DNA of 47,670 nucleotides from a virus (Duplodnaviria; Heunggongvirae; Uroviricota; Caudoviricetes): IMG/VR virus record IMGVR_UViG_2627853701_000003; one strand, 5' to 3'. Shown piece by piece: positions 9,218 to 18,465 of this stretch (position 1 is its first letter; each line of letters starts with the position of its first letter). The notes under the pieces were generated by a model. It saw only the letters and a program-made list of their open reading frames with translations, ran no database searches and was not told where the DNA came from. The position numbers and the translations under genes were made by a program.

Positions 9218-9285
9218 TCTAAAATGAATAATTAAGTTGTTTTACTGAATGAGCACAATGCCCGGTTGATAATTTTTAATTGGTA

Positions 9286-9975
9286 CTATCCATGCTTCCT
9301 ATACGTCTGCGGCATGCTCCCAATAACTTTCCCGAAGATAAACACCCGGTTCATCTCGTCTTTCTCGATTGGGTCCCACGGTGAGTAGCTCTTGTTATCA
9401 GAGATAACCAGCAGTTTATCCTTCATCATTTGCAGGCGCTTTACATGGGCTGTGTCGTCGTACAGAAACGCATAGATACCATCACCGTCGAAAGATTTAA
9501 CCGTGATATCAACGAACAGCAGATCACCAGGTTCAATCGTTCCTGACATGCTGTCACCGCGTACGTTAATGATGCGGATATTTTCTGCCTTCCTGCCATC
9601 GAACATGTGACGAGCATCGTCAAACGAGTACTCAACCGAGCGTAGGACTTCTACAAACTCACGGTTGATGACACCCGGCCCGGCACTCACTTCTATATCA
9701 AGAACGTCAATCTTAAAGTATTTGGAATGGCTGACAGTTGGTTGTATTGGTTGCACTGTACTGTCTGACATATTTCCAACGCCAGAAGATAACCATTCTG
9801 CGCGCACACCCAAAGCGTTCGCGATCTCCACGATTTTAGTTGTTTGATTAGCTTTCCCTGTTTCGATTTTCTGAATAGCAGCTTGGCTAACCCCGACCAA
9901 ATCCCCAAGCGCCTTTTGTGTAAGGCCTCGCGCTAATCTGGCTTCTTTAAGTCTTTCTGAGAGTGTTGTTTTCAT
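9286..9975 (-). CDS. cI: cI-like prophage repressor (HTH plus S24 LexA-like peptidase domain)
   Basis: 229-aa ATG ORF; N-terminal HTH (LTQKALGDLVGVSQAAIQKIETGK), Ala-Gly cleavage site (EVSAGPG), Ser/Lys dyad context (VRGDSMSG ... HVKRL); divergent from the cro-like gene. Confidence 0.85.
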   Translation of the reverse strand: MKTTLSERLKEARLARGLTQKALGDLVGVSQAAIQKIETGKANQTTKIVEIANALGVRAEWLSSGVGNMSDSTVQPIQPTVSHSKYFKIDVLDIEVSAGPGVINREFVEVLRSVEYSFDDARHMFDGRKAENIRIINVRGDSMSGTIEPGDLLFVDITVKSFDGDGIYAFLYDDTAHVKRLQMMKDKLLVISDNKSYSPWDPIEKDEMNRVFIFGKVIGSMPQTYRKHG

Positions 9976-10079
9976 AGTTCAAATGTACAACCAAGGTTTT
10001 ATTCCATCAAACGAAAATGGTTGTTGACTAAAAACAACCATAGTTTTAATCTTGATTCAAATTAACCACGGAGGTTGTT
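9976..10079. promoter_or_regulatory. OR/pR/pRM immunity switch region
   Basis: Perfect palindrome ATGGTTGTTgactaaaAACAACCAT (about 10017-10041) overlapping the pR -35 TTGACT; -10 TAATCT about 10047-10052; extra half-sites at about 9986 and 10073. Confidence 0.6.
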
Positions 10080-10310
10080 ATGAACCCAGCTATTAAAACA
10101 GCGATCAATATCGTTGGTTCACAAAAGAAACTGGGCGCTGCTTGCGAAGTTTCACAGCAGGCCGTCTATAAGTGGCTTCACAACAAAGCAAAGGTATCCC
10201 CTGAACATGTCGGCAGCATTGTTACGGCTACTGGTGGAGTAGTGAAGGCACACCAGATTCGCCCGGATCTTCCGAAGTTGTTTCCACACACCGAAAAGAA
10301 CGCAGCTTAA
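10080..10310 (+). CDS. Cro-like HTH regulator (YdaS-like)
   Basis: 76-aa ATG ORF divergent from cI; GSQKKLGAACEVSQQAVYKW...ATGGVVKAHQIRPD pattern resembles YdaS-family Cro proteins. Confidence 0.65.
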   Translation: MNPAIKTAINIVGSQKKLGAACEVSQQAVYKWLHNKAKVSPEHVGSIVTATGGVVKAHQIRPDLPKLFPHTEKNAA

Positions 10311-10379
10311 ATTTCCATTTCACGCTCTTTAACAATAAGCAATCAACTTAACAGTCAATTCAAACTAAAGGAGTCAATT

Positions 10380-10919
10380 ATGCAACCACTTACATACCAA
10401 CAGACTAGCGGATTTAGCCCGACTGCGGTGATAAATCGTTCTCAAACAAAACAGGTGCCAGGCCACGAAAAAATCCGTGATGCCGTCCGCGCCTGGTCGG
10501 CTGAAGATAATCAGGATGTCGTTGCCACACTCATTGTGAATGAGTATCGGGAGCAGGGCGGCGGCACCATCGATTTCCCTGATGATGTCAGCCGTGCACG
10601 CCAGAAGCTGTTCCGCTTCCTCGATAACAAATTCGATTCTGAAAAATACCGAAATAACGTGCGTGAACTGACCCCGGCAATTCTGGCGGTACTACCGCTG
10701 GAATATCGCGGTTACCTGGTTGAGCAGGATAGCTTTATGGCTAGGTTGGCTGAAATGGAAAAGGAACTCAGTGAGGCAAAACAGGCTGTCATTCTCAACG
10801 CACCACGCCACCAGAAACTGAAGGAAATTAGTGAAGGTATTGTGTCGATGTTTCGTGTGGACCCAGATCTGGCTGGTCCACTGATGGCGATGGTCACCAC
10901 CATGCTGGGGGCAATATGA
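10380..10919 (+). CDS. protein in the cII position (possibly YdaT-like regulator)
   Basis: 179-aa ATG ORF with AAGGAG Shine-Dalgarno, directly after the cro-like gene; not similar to lambda CII; family assignment is tentative. Confidence 0.4.
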   Translation: MQPLTYQQTSGFSPTAVINRSQTKQVPGHEKIRDAVRAWSAEDNQDVVATLIVNEYREQGGGTIDFPDDVSRARQKLFRFLDNKFDSEKYRNNVRELTPAILAVLPLEYRGYLVEQDSFMARLAEMEKELSEAKQAVILNAPRHQKLKEISEGIVSMFRVDPDLAGPLMAMVTTMLGAI

Positions 10920-11005
10920 CAGGTTCAGAAATGGCGAAAGCCGGTCTGCTGGAACAGAACCGACTTTCAGGTGCAAATCGTAACGCACTCATTGCGGGAG
11001 GAATT

Positions 11006-11935
11006 ATGGCAAACACTGCTGAGATATTCAATTTTCCAGTGCCGGATGTGGCACAAAAGGAGCCGCGCGTGGCAGATCTCGATGATGGTTATACGCGCAT
11101 TGCAAATGAGTTGCTGGAAGCTGTGATGCTGGCCGGATTAACACAGCACCAGCTTCTGGTCTTCCTGGCTGTCATGCGCAAAACATATGGCTTTAATAAA
11201 AAACTGGATTGGGTGAGCAACGAGCAACTTTCCGAATTGACCGGGATATTGCCGCACAAGTGTTCTGCTGCAAAAAGCGTTCTGGTAAAGCGTGGGATTC
11301 TTATTCAGAGCGGGCGGAATACCGGCATTAATAATGTGGTCAGTGAATGGTCAACATTACCCGAATCAGGTAAGAAAAATAAAGTTTACCTGAAAGAGGT
11401 AAATTTACCTGAATCAGGTAAAAAAAGTTTACCCAAATCAGGTAAAGACGTTTACCCGAATCAGGTAAACACAAAAGACAAAATAACAAAAGACAATATA
11501 AAACCTTATTCGTCCGAGAATTCTGGCGAATCCTCTGACCAGCCAGAAAACGACCTTCCTGTGGTGAAACCGGATGCTGCGATTCAGAGCGGCAGCAAGT
11601 GGGGGACAGCAGAAGACCTGACCGCCGCAGAGTGGATGTTTGACATGGTGAAGACCATCGCGCCATCAGCCAGAAAACCGAATTTTGCAGGGTGGGCTAA
11701 CGATATCCGCCTGATGCGTGAACGTGACGGACGTAACCACCGCGACATGTGCGTGCTGTTCCGCTGGGCATGCCAGGACAACTTCTGGTCCGGTAACGTG
11801 CTCAGTCCGGCCAAACTCCGTGACAAGTGGACCCAACTCGAAATCAACCGTAACAAGCAACAGGCTGGAGTGACAGCCGGAAAATCAAAACTGGACCTGA
11901 CAAACACTGACTGGATTTATGGGGTGGATTTATGA
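11006..11935 (+). CDS. O: replication initiator O
   Basis: From ATG 11006 with GGGAGG Shine-Dalgarno: MANTAEIFNFP...ADLDDGYTRIANELLEA matches the lambda O N-terminus; ori iterons lie inside the gene; the track ORF starts earlier at 10916. Confidence 0.8.
   Translation: MANTAEIFNFPVPDVAQKEPRVADLDDGYTRIANELLEAVMLAGLTQHQLLVFLAVMRKTYGFNKKLDWVSNEQLSELTGILPHKCSAAKSVLVKRGILIQSGRNTGINNVVSEWSTLPESGKKNKVYLKEVNLPESGKKSLPKSGKDVYPNQVNTKDKITKDNIKPYSSENSGESSDQPENDLPVVKPDAAIQSGSKWGTAEDLTAAEWMFDMVKTIAPSARKPNFAGWANDIRLMRERDGRNHRDMCVLFRWACQDNFWSGNVLSPAKLRDKWTQLEINRNKQQAGVTAGKSKLDLTNTDWIYGVDL
11357..11469. repeat. ori iterons (four to five roughly 19-bp TTTACCnnAATCAGGTAAA repeats) followed by an AT-rich stretch
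   Basis: Copies at about 11357-11373, 11383-11403 (degenerate), 11404-11422, 11428-11446, 11451-11469, then an A-rich tract 11470-11505; same architecture as lambda ori inside O. Confidence 0.7.
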
Positions 11936-12198
11936 AAAACATCGCCGCACAAATGGTTAACTTTGACTGTGAGCAGATGCGCCGGATCGCCAACAACATG
12001 CCGGAACAGTACGACGAAAAGCCACAGGTACAGCAGGTAGCGCAGATCATCAACGGTGTGTTCAGGCAGTTACTGGCAACTTTCCCGGCGAGCCTGGCTA
12101 ACCGTGACCAGAATGAACTGAACGAAATCCGCCGCCAGTGGGTTCTGGCTTTCCGGGAAAACGGGATCACCACAATGGAACAGGTTAACGCAGGAATG
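11932..12198 (+). pseudogene. P: replication protein P, N-terminal fragment (interrupted by IS)
   Basis: MKNIAAQMVNFDCEQMRRIANNMPEQYDEKPQVQQVAQIINGVF...MEQVNAGM matches the lambda P N-terminus; reading frame runs into the IS end (stop TGA is the first 3 nt of the IS). Confidence 0.85.
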
Positions 12199-12240
12199 TG
12201 AACCGCCCCGGGTTTCCTGGAGAGTGTTTTATCTGTGAAC

Positions 12241-13131
12241 TCAGGCTGCCAGATCATCGTTTCCGATGGAAGCATAATAAGCTTTTTCTGCTTCTGCCGG
12301 AGGAGTATGGCCCAGCCTTCCCAGCAATCGTCGATTGTTATACCAGTCCACCCACGTTAGTGTGGCCAGTTCCACTTCTGCACGGTTTTTCCAGCTCTTA
12401 CGGTGTATTACCTCCGCTTTGTAAAGACCATTGATGCTCTCAGCCATCGCGTTGTCATACGAGTCGCCTGTACTCCCTGTTGATGCCAGTAATCCGGCTT
12501 CTTTTAGTCGCTCCGTATAGGCCAGTGACACATACTGAGAGCCTTTATCGCTGTGATGGATGGTGCCAGACGGACGACGGGCCCACAACGCCTGCTCCAG
12601 CGCATCCAGCACGAATGTCGTTTCCATAGACGATGAGACCCGCCACCCCACGATGTATCCGGCAAACACATCAATGATAAACGCCACATAGACGAAGCCC
12701 TGCCATGTGCTGACGTAAGTAAAATCAGCCACCCACAGCTGGTCAGGTCGTTCTGCCACGAACTGACGGTTTACGCGGTCGCCTGCGGCAACGGCTTTCC
12801 GGCTGATGGTCGTACGGACCTTTTTACCCCGGAGAACACCGGCAAGTCCCATAACCGCCATGAGACGTGCCACTGTACATCTGGCCACCCTGATTCCTTC
12901 CCGTAACAACTGACGCCAGACTTTACGCACACCGTACACCTGATGATTTTCATCGTATACGCGCTGTATCTCTCTCTTCAGCCAGTCGTCGTGCTGCGCA
13001 CGGGCACTGCGTTTATCCGGATGATGTCGCTGTTGCTGACAATGGTAATACGTTGACGGGGCAATATGCAGTTCGCTGCATACCGGTCCGACCCCGTACT
13101 GCTCACGCAGCTTATCCAGCAGTGGCATCAT
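12241..13131 (-). CDS. IS3-family transposase OrfB (DDE catalytic domain)
   Basis: 296-aa product with integrase-core motifs (WVADFTYV ... [11 protein letters not shown] ... [15 protein letters not shown]). Confidence 0.8.
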   Translation of the reverse strand: MMPLLDKLREQYGVGPVCSELHIAPSTYYHCQQQRHHPDKRSARAQHDDWLKREIQRVYDENHQVYGVRKVWRQLLREGIRVARCTVARLMAVMGLAGVLRGKKVRTTISRKAVAAGDRVNRQFVAERPDQLWVADFTYVSTWQGFVYVAFIIDVFAGYIVGWRVSSSMETTFVLDALEQALWARRPSGTIHHSDKGSQYVSLAYTERLKEAGLLASTGSTGDSYDNAMAESINGLYKAEVIHRKSWKNRAEVELATLTWVDWYNNRRLLGRLGHTPPAEAEKAYYASIGNDDLAA

Positions 13132-13454
13132 TTTTTCCAGAGGCGGTCGAACTCCGCCTTCGCAAAATAAGCGGAAGCCTGGCGAAGGATATCGTTACTG
13201 CGGCGCAGTTCACGATTTTCACGTTCCAGCTCTTTCAGACGCTGACGTTCAGCGCTGGTGAGCCCACCATCACCGCCCCCGGTATCCCGCTCATGCTGGC
13301 GAACCCAGACACGCAGAGTCTCCGGCGTACAGCCAATCTTTGGGGCAATGGAACAAATTGCCGCCCACTGTGAGTCATATTCATCCTGACTTTCCAGAAC
13401 CATACGAATCGCCCGCTGACGGACTTCGGGGGAAAAACGAGTATTTTTAGTCAT
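13128..13454 (-). CDS. IS3-family transposase OrfA (HTH)
   Basis: 108-aa product [64 protein letters not shown]... recalled as IS629/IS1203-type OrfA. Confidence 0.8.
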   Translation of the reverse strand: MTKNTRFSPEVRQRAIRMVLESQDEYDSQWAAICSIAPKIGCTPETLRVWVRQHERDTGGGDGGLTSAERQRLKELERENRELRRSNDILRQASAYFAKAEFDRLWKK

Positions 13455-13508
13455 CCTGTTTACCTCTTTCTCAGGGAGTTTAGTCTCCAGGATTTCCGGG
13501 GCGGTTCA

Positions 13509-13946
13509 ATGCGCGTAGCCCGTCGGCAGAATCGACCATTCCTGCCATCACCCGGGCAGTTTGTGGCCTGGTGCCGGGAAGAAGCATCCGTTAACGCCGG
13601 GCTGCCAAACGTCAGCGAGCTGGTTGATATGGTTTACGAGTATTGCCGGAAGCGTGGCCTGTATCCGGATGCAGAGTCTTATCCGTGGAAATCGAACGCG
13701 CATTACTGGTTGGTTACCAACTTGTACCAGAACATGCGGGCCAATGCGCTGACTGACGCGGAATTACGGCGCAAGGCTGCCGATGAACTGACCTGTATGA
13801 CAGCGCGAATTAACCGTGGTGAGACGATACCTGAACCAGTAAAACAACTTCCTGTTATGGGCGGTAGACCTCTAAATCGTGCACAGGCTCTGGCGAAGAT
13901 CGCAGAAATTAAAGCTAAGTTCGGACTGAAAGGAGCAAGTGTATGA
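13509..13946 (+). pseudogene. P: replication protein P, C-terminal fragment
   Basis: MRVARRQNRPFLPSPGQFVAWCREEASVNAGLPNVSELVDMVYEYCRKRGLYPDAESYPW... continues lambda P exactly where the N-terminal fragment stops. Confidence 0.85.
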
Positions 13947-14245
13947 CGGGCAAAGAGGCAATTATTCATTACCTGGGGACGCATAAGAGCTTCTGTGCAC
14001 AGGACGTTGCCGCGGTAACAGGCGCAACCGTAACCAGCATAAATCAGGCTGCGGCTAAAATGGCGCGGGCAGGAATCCTGGTCGTTGATGGTAAGGTCTG
14101 GCGAACGGTGTATTACCGGTTCGCTACCAGAGAAGAACGGGAAGGAAAGGTGAGCACGAATCTGATTTTTAAGGAGTGTCGCCAGAGTGCCGCGATGAAA
14201 CGGGTATTGAGGGTATATAAAAGAACATCAATGGGTACACAATGA
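13943..14245 (+). CDS. ren: Ren-like protein
   Basis: MTGKEAIIHYLGTHKSFCAQDVAAVTGATVTSINQAAAKMARAGILVVDGKVWRTVYYRFATREEREGK matches lambda Ren as recalled. Confidence 0.8.
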   Translation: MTGKEAIIHYLGTHKSFCAQDVAAVTGATVTSINQAAAKMARAGILVVDGKVWRTVYYRFATREEREGKVSTNLIFKECRQSAAMKRVLRVYKRTSMGTQ

Positions 14246-14312
14246 TGAAACAGGTGAGTTGAGTTCAAACTGTAGTACAATTCTCTCCAGTTTGAACAGG
14301 AAAGAATATTCT

Positions 14313-14645
14313 ATGAACCCTTATATTTATCTTGGTGGTGCAATACTTGCAGAGGTCATTGGTACAACCTTAATGAAGTTTTCAGAAGGTTTTACACGGT
14401 TATGGCCATCTGTTGGTACAATTATTTGTTATTGTGCATCATTCTGGTTATTAGCTCAGACGCTGGCTTATATTCCTACAGGGATTGCTTATGCTATCTG
14501 GTCAGGAGTCGGTATTGTCCTGATTAGCTTACTGTCATGGGGACTTTTCGGCCAACGGCTGGACCTGCCAGCCATTATAGGCATGATGTTGATTTGTGCC
14601 GGTGTGTTGGTTATTAATTTATTGTCACGAAGCACACCACATTAA
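14313..14645 (+). CDS. emrE: SMR-family multidrug efflux transporter EmrE
   Basis: 110 aa from ATG 14313: MNPYIYLGGAILAEVIGTTLMKFSEGFTRLWPSVGTIICYCASFWLLAQTLAYIPTGIAYAIWSGVGIV... matches E. coli EmrE; the track ORF has a likely non-ATG upstream extension. Confidence 0.9.
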   Translation: MNPYIYLGGAILAEVIGTTLMKFSEGFTRLWPSVGTIICYCASFWLLAQTLAYIPTGIAYAIWSGVGIVLISLLSWGLFGQRLDLPAIIGMMLICAGVLVINLLSRSTPH

Positions 14646-14901
14646 AAATAATTTGTTTCTAAACGACTAAAATATGGAGGTTCTTATATTTATATGAGCC
14701 TCGTTTTATGCTTTTTGTTAATGTCTTTATTTTTTTATGTATTCTTTTGTGCTTTCAAGATTATGGCGTAAGAAAATTGCAATACGATTATTGTTGTATA
14801 TTCAAGATAATGTGATCTTAATTGTCTTTTTAAATAAAAATTAAACAAAAATTATATCCCACCACTAAGGTTTATAAAAGCATACGTTAGCAGGTGTCAC
14901 C

Positions 14902-16428
14902 ATGAAAAAAGCCATAGCATATATGCGATTTTCATCACCAGGTCAGATGTCTGGCGACTCATTAAACCGACAGAGAAGACTTATTGCTGAATGGTTAAAG
15001 GTAAATAGTGATTATTATCTTGATACCATAACATATGAAGATTTAGGATTAAGTGCATTCAAAGGAAAGCATGCACAATCAGGAGCTTTTTCGGAATTTT
15101 TAGATGCTATAGAGCATGGTTATATATTGCCAGGAACTACATTGTTAGTTGAAAGTCTGGACAGACTTTCAAGAGAAAAAGTCGGTGAAGCGATTGAACG
15201 TCTGAAATTGATTTTGAATCACGGTATTGATGTTATAACTCTTTGCGACAATACAGTCTATAATATTGACTCTTTGAATGAGCCATATTCATTAATAAAA
15301 GCCATACTTATAGCACAAAGGGCAAATGAAGAAAGCGAGATAAAGTCAAGTCGGGTTAAATTATCATGGAAGAAAAAACGGCAGGATGCACTGGAATCAG
15401 GTACGATTATGACGGCGTCTTGTCCGAGATGGCTCTCCTTAGATGACAAAAGAACGGCTTTTGTTCCAGACCCCGACAGGGTGAAAACTATTGAGCTAAT
15501 TTTTAAACTCAGGATGGAAAGGCGCTCATTGAATGCAATAGCCAAGTATTTAAATGATCATGCTGTAAAGAATTTCTCAGGAAAAGAAAGTGCATGGGGA
15601 CCTTCTGTAATTGAAAAATTATTAGCGAATAAAGCTCTGATAGGTATATGCGTACCTTCATATCGTGCAAGAGGGAAAGGGATAAGTGAAATCGCTGGCT
15701 ATTATCCCAGAGTCATATCAGATGATTTGTTTTACGCTGTACAGGAAATTCGGTTGGCACCTTTTGGTATTAGCAATAGTAGCAAGAATCCTATGCTAAT
15801 AAATCTACTTCGAACAGTTATGAAGTGTGAGGCTTGTGGTAATACCATGATTGTTCATGCGGTATCTGGAAGTTTGCATGGCTATTATGTTTGTCCGATG
15901 AGAAGATTACATCGATGTGACAGGCCATCAATAAAAAGAGATTTGGTTGATTATAATATCATTAATGAATTGCTTTTTAATTGTAGCAAAATTCAACCAG
16001 TTGAAAACAAGAAAGATGCTAATGAAACTTTAGAGTTAAAAATTATTGAGCTTCAGATGAAAATTAATAATTTAATCGTTGCATTGTCTGTCGCGCCTGA
16101 AGTTACCGCTATAGCAGAGAAAATAAGACTATTAGATAAGGAATTACGAAGGGCTTCGGTATCATTGAAAACTTTGAAGAGTAAAGGTGTAAATTCATTC
16201 AGTGATTTTTATGCTATTGACTTAACCAGTAAAAATGGACGAGAGTTATGCCGTACACTTGCCTATAAAACATTCGAAAAAATCATAATTAATACGGATA
16301 ATAAAACCTGTGATATCTATTTTATGAATGGCATTGTTTTTAAACACTATCCTTTAATGAAAGTAATATCTGCCCAGCAGGCGATAAGTGCTCTCAAATA
16401 TATGGTTGATGGTGAGATTTATTTCTAA
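14902..16428 (+). CDS. ybcK: large serine recombinase (YbcK-like)
   Basis: 508-aa ATG ORF; N-terminal resolvase-type catalytic region (AYMRFSSPGQ); AT-rich gene and flanks; same position as ybcK in DLP12. Confidence 0.75.
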   Translation: MKKAIAYMRFSSPGQMSGDSLNRQRRLIAEWLKVNSDYYLDTITYEDLGLSAFKGKHAQSGAFSEFLDAIEHGYILPGTTLLVESLDRLSREKVGEAIERLKLILNHGIDVITLCDNTVYNIDSLNEPYSLIKAILIAQRANEESEIKSSRVKLSWKKKRQDALESGTIMTASCPRWLSLDDKRTAFVPDPDRVKTIELIFKLRMERRSLNAIAKYLNDHAVKNFSGKESAWGPSVIEKLLANKALIGICVPSYRARGKGISEIAGYYPRVISDDLFYAVQEIRLAPFGISNSSKNPMLINLLRTVMKCEACGNTMIVHAVSGSLHGYYVCPMRRLHRCDRPSIKRDLVDYNIINELLFNCSKIQPVENKKDANETLELKIIELQMKINNLIVALSVAPEVTAIAEKIRLLDKELRRASVSLKTLKSKGVNSFSDFYAIDLTSKNGRELCRTLAYKTFEKIIINTDNKTCDIYFMNGIVFKHYPLMKVISAQQAISALKYMVDGEIYF

Positions 16429-16892
16429 ATAATGATCTCGGATTTTAAGTTATGCTATGATGATAAAGTGCAAGACAGAATTAATTATCTTTAACGAAAC
16501 TTAATGGGTAATTACTTTGTTTGCTCCCACAAGCGAGTTTTGTACGGCTGTATTGGGGTAGTAAATGAGCTATACAATCTTAATCATTTGTTAGGTGAGA
16601 ACTCTTGGTCGCAGATTCAAATACTGAAAATACGTGACAAATTATTATGAGCAAAATGGTGTATGTCACGTATTTTGAATGGTAGGTTAAAAAATAACAC
16701 CGACTTTCGTAGGTATTACTAATAATAAAGCAGAGTTTTTAGATAGTATCAATGTGCTTTGTGTATATTGTGGCAAATAATTGGGTTGGGGGTACAATTG
16801 TGATTGCTTTTGCATGAACATTGCGCCTTTATGCATAATGAGATAAAGGAATATCAAATAAAATAACGATAGGTCATAACAAAGAGGTTTTT

Positions 16893-17444
16893 ATGAAAAC
16901 ACTTATCGTTTCAACTGTATTGGCATTCATAACATTTTCTGCGCAGGCTGCAGCATTTCAGGTCGCTAGTAATGAAATAAAAACAGGAGAGCAACTTACA
17001 ACGTCTCATGTCTTTTCTGGATTTGGGTGTGAAGGTGGTAATACATCGCCCTCATTAACCTGGTCTGGTGTTCCTGAAGGTACCAAAAGCTTTGCCGTAA
17101 CTGTATATGATCCAGATGCACCTACAGGCAGTGGTTGGTGGCATTGGACTGTTGTTAATATTCCAGCAACAGTAACATATTTGCCCGTTGATGCAGGGAG
17201 ACGTGATGGAACAAAACTGCCGACTGGTGCTGTTCAAGGCCGAAATGATTTTGGCTATGCTGGGTTTGGTGGCGCATGTCCTCCTAAAGGAGATAAACCA
17301 CATCATTACCAGTTTAAAGTATGGGCTCTAAAAACTGAAAAGATTCCTGTAGATTCTAACTCCAGCGGAGCGTTAGTTGGTTATATGCTTAATGCTAATA
17401 AAATCGCAACCGCTGAGATAACACCAGTTTATGAGATAAAGTAG
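16893..17444 (+). CDS. ybcL: periplasmic PEBP/Raf-kinase-inhibitor-like protein (YbcL-like)
   Basis: 183-aa ORF with a signal peptide (MKTLIVSTVLAFITFSAQA) and PEBP-like motifs (YDPDAP ... HHYQF). Confidence 0.75.
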   Translation: MKTLIVSTVLAFITFSAQAAAFQVASNEIKTGEQLTTSHVFSGFGCEGGNTSPSLTWSGVPEGTKSFAVTVYDPDAPTGSGWWHWTVVNIPATVTYLPVDAGRRDGTKLPTGAVQGRNDFGYAGFGGACPPKGDKPHHYQFKVWALKTEKIPVDSNSSGALVGYMLNANKIATAEITPVYEIK

Positions 17445-17453
17445 GGTGAGAGT

Positions 17454-18251
17454 ATGCTGGCAAGAGGTAAGACTAACTTAAAGATCGAAGAAATACGGAT
17501 GCATAAACATCATGAGATTCATAGGGTTAAGCCTCTTATGCCAGCTTTGTGTCGTATCCGTCAGGGAAAGAAAGTTATCAATTGGGAGACGCATACTTTA
17601 ACTGTTGATAATAATCAAATAATATTATTTCCTTGTGGTTATGAATTTTATATTGAGAATTATCCTGAAGCAGGGCTTTATCTTGCAGAAATGCTTTACT
17701 TACCCATTGATTTAATTGAGAGTTTCCAAAAGCTTTATACGGTAACTGATCAAATACGTAACAAAACAAGTTTCTTTTTACCTCAGAATCCTGAGTTAAT
17801 ATATTGTTGGGAGCAACTAAAAACATCTGTTTCCCGAGGCTTCTCAACTAAAATTCAGGAGCACTTAGCAATGGGCGTTCTACTTTCGTTAGGAGTGAAT
17901 CATGTTAATCATTTACTTTTATCATATAGTAAACAATCATTGATAAGTCGTTGTTATAACCTGCTGCTATCCGAACCCGGCACAAAATGGACAGCAAACA
18001 AGGTTGCTCGATATCTCTACATTTCTGTTTCTACATTACATCGCCGTCTAGCAAGCGAGGGGGTAAGTTTCCAAAGTATACTGGACGATGTGAGGTTAAA
18101 TAATGCGTTGTCTGCTATACAAACGACGGTAAAACCTATAAGCGAGATTGCCAGAGAAAATGGTTATAAGTGTCCTTCGCGTTTTACTGAAAGATTTCAT
18201 AATCGTTTTAATATAACACCAAGAGAGATAAGAAAAGCTTCCAGAGAGTAA
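17454..18251 (+). CDS. ybcM: AraC-family transcriptional regulator (YbcM-like)
   Basis: 265-aa ORF with a C-terminal AraC-type HTH region ([35 protein letters not shown]..); AT-rich. Confidence 0.75.
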
Positions 18252-18465
18252 AAGTGTTTTAAGAAGGAGCAATTCTATCGATTTTGATTTTGGGAAATCA
18301 ACACGGCATAATTATGTCACCGGAGCCTGAACAACTCCGGTGACTTCTGCGCTAAACGGGGACGTTTATGCGCACATACAATCCAAACTCTCTTCTCCCT
18401 TCACAGATGCAGAAATGCACCTGCAATTCTTTGCATCTAGCGTTTGACCTCTGCGGAGGTGAAGC

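Larger units (their letters stand above)
12199..13508 (-). mobile_element. IS3-family insertion sequence (IS629-like), 1310 bp
   Basis: Ends TGAACCGCCCCGG...; orfA (13128-13454) and orfB (12241-13131) on the minus strand with an A6 slippery overlap; flanked by a 3-bp ATG duplication (12196-12198 and 13509-13511) that restores the P reading frame. Confidence 0.85.

Noticed and set aside
9441-9908. Small ORFs on both strands within the repressor gene
   Set aside because: Embedded in or antisense to the well-supported cI-like gene.
11357-11469. CRISPR array
   Set aside because: The regularly spaced repeats here are ori iterons inside O, and the repeats at about 46200-46550 are collagen-like codon repeats; no CRISPR-type repeat-spacer architecture is present in the window.
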